A stretch of 64,000 bases of DNA from the IMG/VR virus record IMGVR_UViG_3300034140_000002, positions 15,558-79,557 of that record; one strand, given 5' to 3'. Source of the DNA: a virus. Position numbers and translations under genes: made by a program. Below, piece by piece: positions 46,422 through 55,396 of this stretch (the first letter of the stretch is position 1; every line of letters begins with the position of its first letter). The notes beneath the pieces were generated by a model that did not search any database, was not told where the DNA came from, and worked only from the letters and a program-made list of their open reading frames with translations.

Positions 46422-46955
46422 TTATTTAGTTGGGAATTGTGCGGCGATGCTAGCTGCCAATTGGGATACTACTGGGTTTACTTCAGCATCGACCTCTTTG
46501 GCCTCCGCAGCAGCGCCCGTCTCAGTGAACATCTCACTTTTCTCTTCAGCTTCAAACGAAGCTACATAGCCGCTCAGTACGGTAGCAAACGTGGTATCGT
46601 CAAGCGACTCCAGAGATGCTGCCATTTGTGCGCCTTTAACATCGCCCATTACAGCCGACAGCGAAGCTGTACGGGATGCTAGGGCAGTAGCTTTAGCGTT
46701 TGCTACTAGGGTAGCTTGAGCTTCTGCCGATTGTGCAAGGGCTGCTTCTGCTGCTTCATATTTAGTTTTGAGTTCTGCGAAGGCAGTCTCTTTTTCAGCA
46801 AGAGTGTTCGTAACTGTTTCCAGTTGAGCGCTCAGTTCTGCCGTCTTATCGGCAAGCGCTGTGGCTTGCTCAGTTGGGTCAATCATCGTGATTACTTCCT
46901 CTTGTTGTTCGGCTTCCACCGAGTTAAAAACCTTCTTAAAATATTCTTTAAGCAT
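46422..46955 (-). CDS. Capsid scaffolding protein
   Basis: Ala/Glu coiled coil between protease and decoration genes; ATG 46955. Confidence 0.7.
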   Translation of the reverse strand: MLKEYFKKVFNSVEAEQQEEVITMIDPTEQATALADKTAELSAQLETVTNTLAEKETAFAELKTKYEAAEAALAQSAEAQATLVANAKATALASRTASLSAVMGDVKGAQMAASLESLDDTTFATVLSGYVASFEAEEKSEMFTETGAAAEAKEVDAEVNPVVSQLAASIAAQFPTK

Positions 46956-47796
46956 TTCGTTTATCCTTCTTGTCAGCCAACCAATTGGCAAATTCAGTGT
47001 GGTCCATTACCATATTCGCTAAACCGTTTTCCAGAGCTTCATCGGAATGAAACATCTTAGCGTCCATGCCAGCAATATCTTCTAGAGAAATACCTGTATG
47101 AAGTTGTACATGAGCAGCGAAGTTGTCACCTAAGCGAGTCACATCTGTCTGCATGTCCTCTAGAAACTTATCAGAAAATGCACCATCATTCTTGAATGGA
47201 GTTTTACCCGGAGTAGATGCAATGTAGTGAATCTTAACGCCAGCCATGTCCAAAGCTTTGCTAGTATCTGCAACAGCACATACACATCCGATTGACCCTA
47301 CCTTAGCTTCTGGGTGCATGACAACAAGGTCAGCAACACAAGCAATCAGGTAGCTGGCACTGGCACTGTATGTATCTACATAAGAGATAAGCTCTACTCC
47401 AGCTTCATCGCACATGTTGCGGAGAGTTTTAGCACAACTGAAAGCATGCATAGCCTCACCACCCGGAGACGAATGTGTCATCACAATAGTGTCAACACCC
47501 ATTTTGATAAGCTCACGAGCTTCACGGAGAATACTCATGTAGCTTACACCCTCCGGAGCACATTCAGCCTTGATAGGCTTTGCAGTGAGAGCGCCATCAA
47601 TCAGAATCTCGCCCACACCACCAATCTTCTCTTGTTGTTTAGGCGCCCGTTTAGTGTCTGCTACAACAGCGAACACTGGTGAGACACCTTGATTACGGCT
47701 TGACAGGTATTCAAGGATAGGAGACAATGCTTCCTGTGTGATAAGATGGGGCACAGAAAATGCCGATGCAGCTAACCTACGTAATTCATGCGACAT
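46948..47796 (-). CDS. Capsid maturation protease, S49 family
   Basis: SPGGE, SASASYLIA, VGSIG, K.P motifs. Confidence 0.9.
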   Translation of the reverse strand: MSHELRRLAASAFSVPHLITQEALSPILEYLSSRNQGVSPVFAVVADTKRAPKQQEKIGGVGEILIDGALTAKPIKAECAPEGVSYMSILREARELIKMGVDTIVMTHSSPGGEAMHAFSCAKTLRNMCDEAGVELISYVDTYSASASYLIACVADLVVMHPEAKVGSIGCVCAVADTSKALDMAGVKIHYIASTPGKTPFKNDGAFSDKFLEDMQTDVTRLGDNFAAHVQLHTGISLEDIAGMDAKMFHSDEALENGLANMVMDHTEFANWLADKKDKRNA

Positions 47797-47805
47797 TTTC
47801 GCTCC

Positions 47806-49296
47806 TTATTTATTATTGGCGTTAGCCGTTGATGGATCAACTCCACCGGGCTTCTTAGCCGTACCCGGCCCAGCAGTTTTCATACCCTCGCCAGCCATCG
47901 TAGCCTTGCCTGTCATAACAGGGGTGAGCTTTTCCACATCTACAGGCTGATCATCTGGCAGCGGTGCAACACCAAAGAACTTACGAACTCGGTTATAAAC
48001 AGCCCTGTCACCTTCAATAGCACCAACACTGAATGCCTGCTGGATAAATTTGCCCATTGCTTCCATGTCGATGTCTTCGATATCTTTATAGACAAACTGA
48101 GCCATCTTTCCAGTAGACCAGCCATTCATCTGATAGATAGTTTTCATCAAATCGTTATTTAGAACTCCAGCCATCTCACGTAGACGATAGTCAATTGCTA
48201 GAGCAAGTACAGAAGTTTTAGCGCTAGCTAAACTAAAGCTACCAGCCCCTTGACTCCCGAGCTTTACTATGTCACAATTAAGTGCTGACAAAATATCGTC
48301 TTGGAGGCGAGTAATAATCTTTTCTACATCGTAACGAGCACTGCCTTTAGCTTCCATCAGTTCATACGAGAAAAGTTGGTTGTTTTGCTCATCGTACATA
48401 TTTGGAACTAGCAAACCCCGCTGCGTCCCATTGTTGTAGGCGTCAATAATAGCTTGGAAAGCTTTGACAGTAGCTTTATCCTCTGCACTAGCGTCTGGGG
48501 ACATATACTTGGGAGGGATTGCAATCTTTAACAGCCCTTGCATATCCTTAGCAACACCCACAAGTTCATTTTCTTGCAGAAGGGTGAGCATCTTGTAAGA
48601 CAAGTAGATTGCCTTGTAAATACTGTTACCTTGGGGATTACCACGGTTACCGGAAGCTGTGAAGAGTAGAAACTTCTCACGAGGAATTGGAATCAATCCA
48701 TTTTCATTCTTTTTATTGATAAAACGGTAGGAGTTCTCAATGTTTGAGATGTTCTGTTGAACACCAATTAAGTCAGCACCGTCTAGGGAGAAATCCCACT
48801 TTTCAATGGTGTCTTGGTTCCTTGGAGCTAATCGCTTAATACCTACTAGGCCATCATTATATGCACTGCCGTTGCGAAGCAAACGCCTACGAAGAACTTT
48901 CTCATGAATACCAAAACCATACTCAAGATAAGGAATAGCTTCCTCAATAAAGTTACTCCAGCTTTGCCCTTCCATATCGTCCATCATTGTGCGTACGATA
49001 TTTGCACGAGCCTTATCTGTTTCGTCCGCATCCTTGTGCGGCTCTACATCCCAATTAACCCGACTAATAAACATACGATAAACATTCATAGCCGAACCAA
49101 CCGTAGGGTTGTGGCGAATCTCGTTTACTGTTTTGTTAAAGTGGGGGTAATTAAATGCTGAATTGCTTTCTGGAAACACTCTACCACCAGACGTACGTAA
49201 GCCCACGAAGCCCTGTTCTTGTAGGGAGATTCGCGGGATAGTAACACCTTCGTCTGAGTTGAGTGCTTCGCCCGTAGGCTGATTTGTTTCTGCCAT
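47806..49296 (-). CDS. Portal protein
   Basis: 496 aa after terminase; L.YG....EKV, GNPQG.S, GSFSLA motifs. Confidence 0.9.
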   Translation of the reverse strand: MAETNQPTGEALNSDEGVTIPRISLQEQGFVGLRTSGGRVFPESNSAFNYPHFNKTVNEIRHNPTVGSAMNVYRMFISRVNWDVEPHKDADETDKARANIVRTMMDDMEGQSWSNFIEEAIPYLEYGFGIHEKVLRRRLLRNGSAYNDGLVGIKRLAPRNQDTIEKWDFSLDGADLIGVQQNISNIENSYRFINKKNENGLIPIPREKFLLFTASGNRGNPQGNSIYKAIYLSYKMLTLLQENELVGVAKDMQGLLKIAIPPKYMSPDASAEDKATVKAFQAIIDAYNNGTQRGLLVPNMYDEQNNQLFSYELMEAKGSARYDVEKIITRLQDDILSALNCDIVKLGSQGAGSFSLASAKTSVLALAIDYRLREMAGVLNNDLMKTIYQMNGWSTGKMAQFVYKDIEDIDMEAMGKFIQQAFSVGAIEGDRAVYNRVRKFFGVAPLPDDQPVDVEKLTPVMTGKATMAGEGMKTAGPGTAKKPGGVDPSTANANNK

Positions 49297-49323
49297 GAGC
49301 GTAGTTTCCTCTAATTAAAATAC

Positions 49324-49352
49324 ATTGTAGCACAGTAGTGCGTAAAAGTCAA
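49324..49352 (-). promoter_or_regulatory. sigma70-type promoter for head genes, near copy of 37240-37268
   Basis: Minus strand TTGACT-TTTACGCACTACTGTGC-TACAAT. Confidence 0.8.
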
Positions 49353-49394
49353 GCTATATTTAATACAATTTAACTATCTTTTTACGCAGATATG

Positions 49395-50915
49395 CTATAT
49401 AGTAGGGATTGGGGAGGCTTGTGTCATGCTGGGGATTGAGAAAGACGGAATTTGGACTTGTCTAGCCAAAACTGAAAAGCAGTCCGAAACAGCATCTACC
49501 ATGTCATCTTTATTCTGCTTCTGCACTTTCAAATCGGCTGAGAATGCTTCAAGCTCTTTGAAAAAATCCTCGTTCCAGTCCCCCCGGAGTACCTTAACAG
49601 CCCCAGCCTCGGCAATTGAGCAAAAGGGTAAGTAACGGACTAATTTACCTTTACCTGCTGTAGTGGGTGCTGTTTTGACGGGGATACCGTCCTCAGCTAG
49701 AACAGTTCGGTAGAAGTAGTTTGCTGTCTTGCCCGCTGCCGCAGGATCAACTGGGATACATACAGAACAATCCTCTACTCCATCTTCGTGGGCAGTCTGT
49801 GCTACCAACTTCAATACCCTATCTGTGGTAAGGCGTTCTCTCACAACATCTTCAATATAGTAAGTACCGAATTTGTCACGACTCATTCTGACGCCTGCTG
49901 TCCAGTCGGGGTTATTAGTCTTAGTTTTTTCTTCGGACGCAAAATCCCAAGCTCTACAACGGGCCACAACATTAGCAGGAATTTCGTCTACAATCTTTAC
50001 CCACTCTCGGTTAAAAAACATAGACCCTTGCTCGCGAGCGGTCCATGATCCGTGGAGATATTTTAACTGGTTAACATAAGGCTGCGCCAACAAACTTGCA
50101 AGATAACTATTATTCTTGGGGGGGAGTAGGTAGGGATTATCAAACACATTGGTAGGAACAAACCTGAAACTCTTGGGCATAAACAAACGAAGGCGCTCCT
50201 CGTTAGTAAAGGCATTCATTTGAGCTTCTGTCATCTTGTGGGCATAGATAAGACCCTTCTCACGACCATACAACTCATAGCACTCTTCGGGGCTGTCTGC
50301 CCAACGAGCTTTGTTATCTTCTACACAGAACCAACGAATACGGTGCTCAGTACCTTCTACTGGGACGCCTGTATCTGGGTCCAAACAAAAGTCTACCCAT
50401 TCTTTGAGAAATGAGTTAATATCTGGGTTGCATGTGAGGATTAACTGAGGGTGAATTTTGGAACCAGCAGTGCGCATGCGAGATTGTAGAAATAGTACCT
50501 GCTTCTCAGACCATTTGTCCGCAGCTTCATCCACCATGACACGAGTAAACTGACTACCTTGCCAAGAGCCTAAGTCCTCGTCACAGGAAATAGCACCAAA
50601 AGATATTTCAGCGCCACTTGGAAATTGCCAAACTTTGGCTTGCGTCTTATAGGGAATCTTAGTAAAATCGTTGTAGATGTTTTTTGATTCATCTATTAGC
50701 GCTCCACCCTTTTTAAGCTCAGGCTCGTACCTTCTCAAAATTACGCAGCGGAACTCCTTGTCCTTAATGCCATCAAGGTTTTTAGTGAGACAGATGCGGG
50801 ACTTGCCGCCCCCTGCCCCGCCTCCCATGAGAATCACATCCGTGGTATTGTCCTGCAAAATAAGCCGCTGCTTCTCCGAACAGGGGCCGTATGTTTTCTT
50901 AGGTGATTTCGTCAT
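49395..50915 (-). CDS. terL: Terminase large subunit
   Basis: GGGAGGGKS Walker A, VDEA Walker B, LTCNP, RAWDFA and DDMVDA nuclease motifs. Confidence 0.95.
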   Translation of the reverse strand: MTKSPKKTYGPCSEKQRLILQDNTTDVILMGGGAGGGKSRICLTKNLDGIKDKEFRCVILRRYEPELKKGGALIDESKNIYNDFTKIPYKTQAKVWQFPSGAEISFGAISCDEDLGSWQGSQFTRVMVDEAADKWSEKQVLFLQSRMRTAGSKIHPQLILTCNPDINSFLKEWVDFCLDPDTGVPVEGTEHRIRWFCVEDNKARWADSPEECYELYGREKGLIYAHKMTEAQMNAFTNEERLRLFMPKSFRFVPTNVFDNPYLLPPKNNSYLASLLAQPYVNQLKYLHGSWTAREQGSMFFNREWVKIVDEIPANVVARCRAWDFASEEKTKTNNPDWTAGVRMSRDKFGTYYIEDVVRERLTTDRVLKLVAQTAHEDGVEDCSVCIPVDPAAAGKTANYFYRTVLAEDGIPVKTAPTTAGKGKLVRYLPFCSIAEAGAVKVLRGDWNEDFFKELEAFSADLKVQKQNKDDMVDAVSDCFSVLARQVQIPSFSIPSMTQASPIPTI

Positions 50916-51849
50916 TGAAATCCTTTATTTTTGTTTTTATCTTATTTAGCAACTCCGCTAAATTTACATCGTAAAATGACTCTGAATAACCTTTAAATTT
51001 GTGGGTAGGCTGGTTGTAGACTAACCTCAATTCCCGTAGCATCTCAGTCTCAAGTTTATTGATAAGCGAGCCATTACTGTGCTTATACACTTTAAGTAGT
51101 TTAAATACCTTACCATAACTCCTATTCAATACCTTATTCCTCTTATCCACTTGAGTGTTTGTAATACCCACCTTTGTGATGGAATCAGCTTCACAGTGCA
51201 TGACATAAAAGAGTGCTGGCCTGTTACAAGAGAATCCAGATTCGGAGCAGTCTGGACAACCAGACCCAAGCCAGTGGTTGTCTGGGTATGTTGGAAAATC
51301 TCCGTGCTCTACACAGGTAATAGTCACAACCGTTTTAGCATTTTTATAATCTAGCTTTTTGTAAGTGAAAAGGTCTGGACCGTGCTGAGCCACTGACCTA
51401 GATATAAAGTGGTCGTTATCTGCCTTACGGTGTGCAGCTTGTCTATCATTGGCGCATAGCTTACACCCTTTACCATTTAAGTGGGTGTGCGGTGGCTGTT
51501 CAAAAATGGTATCATGAGTTTTACACTTGATTTTTACTTTTATTCTAGCTGTTTTGTAGTCTGCAAAGGAGTAGTCATACTTTTCTCCGTGCACTTCTAA
51601 AGCGAGCTTAATAAATTCGCCTAGGCTCATAGTTTGATTGTCAGTTCGCCTTTGAAGGGAGCATTGCTGACACTCGTAACCTTTACTCTTAGCCTTTTTG
51701 AATAAACCATGTACAGGGCATACGATTTGAATAGGAATCTTACTACTTAAGTAGCAAACATGAGTACAGTCATATTGCGGAAATTCTTCTAAAATTTCTG
51801 ATATAATAGTTGTAGTTGTCTTGCGGTTCCAAGCTATCCGTCCAGCCAT
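50899..51849 (-). CDS. Free-standing homing endonuclease, paralogue of 34491-35453
   Basis: Same YDY..C..H..F...G.GC..C repeats and FYV...KVGITN domain. Confidence 0.85.
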   Translation of the reverse strand: MAGRIAWNRKTTTTIISEILEEFPQYDCTHVCYLSSKIPIQIVCPVHGLFKKAKSKGYECQQCSLQRRTDNQTMSLGEFIKLALEVHGEKYDYSFADYKTARIKVKIKCKTHDTIFEQPPHTHLNGKGCKLCANDRQAAHRKADNDHFISRSVAQHGPDLFTYKKLDYKNAKTVVTITCVEHGDFPTYPDNHWLGSGCPDCSESGFSCNRPALFYVMHCEADSITKVGITNTQVDKRNKVLNRSYGKVFKLLKVYKHSNGSLINKLETEMLRELRLVYNQPTHKFKGYSESFYDVNLAELLNKIKTKIKDFNDEIT

Positions 51850-51914
51850 GCGTCCTCCTCAGGATGTTATAAAATTGTCTTAAGGGAGCACACCAGACGC
51901 CTGAGGAGGGACCA

Positions 51915-52290
51915 TCCAATATGCTTTCTTAAAACAACAATAGGCAGAGTGCCTTGTAGCACCCCGCCGAAAATTGTGCGTATCTAGCACGCTTCCTTCC
52001 GATACGCTTAGCGCCCAGTTGACGCTCTCTCCACAGTTCCAATCGCTTGCAATCTGAACCCGCAAGGGATTATGGAATTCTTAAATAGGGTGATAGCTTA
52101 CCTATCAGCACTCCCTTGCTTTCTCAAAGGGCAGACTAACGTGCTTCCGACTTTAACGGCTGACTAATTTCCTGCCTCGCTAATGACAGTGCAGTGGTCT
52201 CTTGGTAGCGATACTCAAGATTCTTTAACGCGAGGTGCAGTCTGAACGGCTTACACGTCCTCACTGGCAATCTATCCTGCAATTGGCGTT
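51915..52290 (-). ncRNA. Candidate ~370 nt structured non-coding RNA
   Basis: No credible ORF; at least eight hairpins readable by eye; co-oriented with and adjacent to tRNA cluster. Confidence 0.5.
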
Positions 52291-52294
52291 ATTC

Positions 52295-52369
52295 TGGCGA
52301 GGGATGATGGAATCAAACCACCGTTGCGAGGATTTGGAGTCCTGCCGAATATCTCTATCTTAATCCCTC
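52295..52369 (-). tRNA. tRNA-Trp(CCA), atypical
   Basis: GAGGGAT/ATCCCTC acceptor, CT-CCA-AA loop, encoded CCA; weak D arm and TTTGATT T-loop. Confidence 0.7.
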
Positions 52370-52514
52370 ATATTCTTGGAGGAAGCTTTTGCGGTGCCTC
52401 CACCGTATCATCCGTCTAGTTGTAACTGACCATGAAAAACTAGCAAACATTATGGTGGCGACTAGAAATGAAATAGTTTTCTATCCATGTAAACTATTTC
52501 GCATTCGCCTTGAT

Positions 52515-52591
52515 TGGTTGCGGAGGGCCGAGTCGAACAGCCACGTAGCGGCTTATGAGGCCACCATTCTACCAATTGAATTTACCCCGCC
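52515..52591 (-). tRNA. tRNA-Met(CAT), initiator-like
   Basis: GGCGGGG...CTCCGCA-A-CCA with 1:72 mismatch as in fMet tRNAs; CTCATAA loop. Confidence 0.85.
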
Positions 52592-52692
52592 ATTGTTATC
52601 GCTCCGTGTCCACCTTGGAATTGTGCCGTTTTTCAGGTCACGCCAGAGGGTAGCACTCCGAAGACTTTATAGGGCGTCCCCTAATTTCCATT

Positions 52693-52768
52693 TGGCTGTG
52701 AAGATTGGGCTTGAACCACTGACCTGATGATTAACAGTCATCTGCTCTGCCAACTGAGCTACAACACA
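52693..52768 (-). tRNA. tRNA-Asn(GTT), with acceptor and T-stem mismatches
   Basis: GATGA-CTGTTAA-TCATC anticodon arm, canonical D arm, two T:T pairs in acceptor stem. Confidence 0.75.
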
Positions 52769-52865
52769 ATTGTTCTTGACTTATCGGAACGGCCAGTCTG
52801 CCGGTTGAATTCTCGACTCCGACTGTGATTCAACAGACCTTTCTGTTGCACAGGAATTCACAACT

Positions 52866-52941
<76 letters not shown>

Positions 52942-52957
52942 TAAATCTACAAAACAC

Positions 52958-53049
52958 TTTCGGAGTGACCTGTATTACGGTTCAGAACCTACAGGATTGT
53001 AGCCACGACAGCTACGCGAGTATTGTCCTCGCAAGCACCCACTCCGAAA
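52958..53049 (-). ncRNA. Candidate 92 nt four-way-junction RNA between tRNA-Leu and tRNA-Thr
   Basis: 10 bp closing stem plus three perfect internal stems. Confidence 0.55.
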
Positions 53050-53055
53050 ATATTC

Positions 53056-53146
53056 TGGTACGAGAGGTGGGAATTGAACCCACGATGTCTCTTAAGTGTG
53101 TCAGATTTTAAGTCTGATGCGTTTCAACCAGCTTCGCCACTCTCGC
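53056..53146 (-). tRNA. tRNA-Leu(TAA)
   Basis: TCAGA-CTTAAAA-TCTGA, long variable arm, encoded CCA. Confidence 0.92.
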
Positions 53147-53153
53147 TTATTTT

Positions 53154-53238
53154 TGGTAGGAGCGGAGAGACTTGAACTCTCAATCCTTGCGGCGCTGGCT
53201 TCTAAAACCAGAGTGTATGCCAATTCCACCACGCCCCC
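53154..53238 (-). tRNA. tRNA-Leu(TAG)
   Basis: CTGGT-TTTAGAA-GCCAG, long variable arm, encoded CCA. Confidence 0.92.
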
Positions 53239-53346
53239 TTAATTCTTGACGGCTTATTCTTCACAAGGAGCGCATGGAGTCTAATGCTTTCGCAGCACCT
53301 CCTGCCATCTCTACCGTCGCCCTGTCTGCTCTTTACTACTACATTC

Positions 53347-53424
53347 TGGTCTGAGAGGCTGGATTTGAACCAGCGGCTTCCCGCATCCAAGGCGGGCTGT
53401 CTAACCGGGCTGACCTACACTCAG
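53347..53424 (-). tRNA. tRNA-Pro(TGG)
   Basis: CCCGC-CTTGGAT-GCGGG, GCTGG-TTCAAAT-CCAGC, encoded CCA. Confidence 0.92.
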
Positions 53425-53443
53425 GTAATTCTATCTTACTAGT

Positions 53444-53773
53444 CTACTTGGCGTCAATGATTTCTAGAAAATTAATCTCAGGAGTATCGTCGTCATCTAC
53501 TTCAAGCTGCTTAGGACCGCCAAACTTCACATTACTGATAAGCCGCTGCATCTCGTCATTATTGATATCTTGAGCCACTTCGCGCTGCAAGTCAAGAAGT
53601 TTCGAAGCTGCTTGCAAAACAATTTTATCGTCTTGGTCTTTCTTGTTCATGAGGTACACTAAGATTTCTACAGCGCTGTCAGACTCTGCATTAAGCTTCT
53701 TAAGTAGCGCTGTTAGTTCATGCTTATTCTTTCGGGCAAAGCCCCGTTCTGTCACTTTTAGGTGCCTTGCCAT
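53444..53773 (-). CDS. Hypothetical protein, terminase small subunit candidate
   Basis: First gene of late operon, helical, ATG 53773 after GGAG; only candidate upstream of terL. Confidence 0.45.
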   Translation of the reverse strand: MARHLKVTERGFARKNKHELTALLKKLNAESDSAVEILVYLMNKKDQDDKIVLQAASKLLDLQREVAQDINNDEMQRLISNVKFGGPKQLEVDDDDTPEINFLEIIDAK

Positions 53774-53804
53774 AAAATACTGCTCCGTTTCTCTAATAAC
53801 AGCC

Positions 53805-53833
53805 ATCATATCATAAGAGTGCGAATTTGTCAA
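53805..53833 (-). promoter_or_regulatory. sigma70 promoter for tRNA/terminase operon
   Basis: Minus strand TTGACA-AATTCGCACTCTTATGA-TATGAT. Confidence 0.8.
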
Positions 53834-53926
53834 GCACTTTTTATCTTGCATAGATAATTAATATGCTATCCTATTGATTTTAAACAACAAACTTCTATTT
53901 TGAATAGATTTGTGAATAGAAAAGAC

Positions 53927-53955
53927 TTGACAGCGGTACACTTGTGTGTTATAGT
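53927..53955 (+). promoter_or_regulatory. Divergent sigma70 promoter for phoH operon
   Basis: TTGACA-GCGGTACACTTGTGTGT-TATAGT. Confidence 0.8.
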
Positions 53956-54062
53956 TATTTGTTGCAGTACCCAATCTGGGTGCTATCATACCCAAAAATA
54001 GTCCTTGCATTCCTGTTTCCTCTCAGATACACTTTAGATTCACATCAACGAAAGGAATACCA

Positions 54063-54278
54063 ATGCCTGCATACTACTCAGAAGAACGCTTACCAGATGA
54101 AATGGGCTTACATGTCTACTACCGCCTGCCCGGAGGTAAACTGACACAATACTTAGTAAGTTGCCCTGTGCAGCCCATGGAAGCTGCTATTGAATTTTGC
54201 ACGAAAGCTGTACGAGACACTGTTCCCAATGCTTACAATCTTGCTGTTCTGGCTGTTATCCCCGGAGGTAAGGTTTGA
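54063..54278 (+). CDS. Hypothetical protein
   Basis: AAAGGA SD. Confidence 0.6.
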   Translation: MPAYYSEERLPDEMGLHVYYRLPGGKLTQYLVSCPVQPMEAAIEFCTKAVRDTVPNAYNLAVLAVIPGGKV

Positions 54279-54384
54279 GCGAATTAGACAAATTTATCCT
54301 TGAGTACGAAGCTGAAGAGGAAGCATCTGATATGCACTTTAGTCTCTACTCTATCCCATCCACCTACAACGAAGAGGAAGCCTG

Positions 54385-54576
54385 ATGACCCTTGAAAATA
54401 CTATCCTTATTAACCCCAATCTGTACGTACTGTGTCAAGAAGCACAAGAACTTATCCAAGATGGCTGGACCTTCAAAGAGGGATATCCTGTGCAAATTTC
54501 ATGGCAATTCCACGCCATCCTTGAGCGTGAGCCTCCTAAGAAAGCTGGTCGTCCTCCTAACAGCGCAGCTAAATAA
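54385..54576 (+). CDS. Hypothetical protein
   Basis: GAGGA SD; basic KKAGRPP tail. Confidence 0.6.
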   Translation: MTLENTILINPNLYVLCQEAQELIQDGWTFKEGYPVQISWQFHAILEREPPKKAGRPPNSAAK

Positions 54577-54596
54577 CATTTTTAACAGGGAACTTA

Positions 54597-55394
54597 ATGA
54601 CTAAGCGTGCACCCATTACACGTAAGAAAAAGATTGAGGCTGAAATGCCTAAGCCTTCCGCTAAGGACAAATTCTTTGCAGATATTGCGGAGGAAGAAGT
54701 CATGCGACAAGCCCCTGTAGCCAAGTTTGTACCTGCTACACAGAATCAAAAGAAGGCTGTTGCCATGCTCCGAGACGGTGTGCGCGTCTTGTTCCTACAA
54801 GGTTCGGCTGGTACAGGCAAGAGTATGCTTGCTGCTTGGTGGGCTGCTACTCTCATGAAAGAAAAGAAGATTGAGAAGATTTATCTTGTCCGTCCTAACG
54901 TTGCCACTGGACGCTCTGCTGGATCACTCCCCGGAACAGAGGAAGAGAAGCTTGCCCCATTCTTTGCACAAACAGTGAGCCACCTATCCACATTCATGGG
55001 CGCTGGATTTATGAACTACTGCCTGCGTAACGAACTCATTGAGTACAAAAGCGCCGAGTATATGCGGGGACGCTCCTTTGAGAATGTTGCCATCTTGGCC
55101 GAAGAGGTTCAGAATTTCGATGCTAGTGATATGGAGATGCTGCTTACTCGCCTTGGCAAGGGCACCACCTACCTTATGACTGGCGATGGCAAACAAAACG
55201 ATATGCGCGGCAACAGTGGTCTTGAACAGACTATCGCCCTTATCAACCGTATGGTAGATGATCAACCAGACTACCTCAGTGACGAAGACCTTGACAACCT
55301 GCAAAACCTCGTCGGCAGCGTCACCTTCCTGCCTGAAGATTGTGTTAGAGATGGTATTACTCGCTCTTTTGTAAAAATGTATTATCATAATTAA
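54597..55394 (+). CDS. phoH: PhoH-like ATPase
   Basis: GSAGTGKS, RPNV, LPGTEEEKL.PF, YMRGRSF, EEVQN, RLG, GD..Q.D motifs. Confidence 0.93.
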   Translation: MTKRAPITRKKKIEAEMPKPSAKDKFFADIAEEEVMRQAPVAKFVPATQNQKKAVAMLRDGVRVLFLQGSAGTGKSMLAAWWAATLMKEKKIEKIYLVRPNVATGRSAGSLPGTEEEKLAPFFAQTVSHLSTFMGAGFMNYCLRNELIEYKSAEYMRGRSFENVAILAEEVQNFDASDMEMLLTRLGKGTTYLMTGDGKQNDMRGNSGLEQTIALINRMVDDQPDYLSDEDLDNLQNLVGSVTFLPEDCVRDGITRSFVKMYYHN

Positions 55395-55396
55395 CT

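Noticed and set aside
51985-52003. GGAAGGAAGC resembling 4.5S SRP RNA domain IV
   Set aside because: The CAGG strand of the symmetric loop and the UCC/GGA closing stem are missing
51915-52290. Identification of the large structured region as tmRNA, RNase P RNA or group I intron
   Set aside because: No tRNA-Ala-like ends, no GAGGAAAGUCC/ACAGAA..CGGC, no R/S (GACUA/UAGUC in context) elements; no interrupted gene
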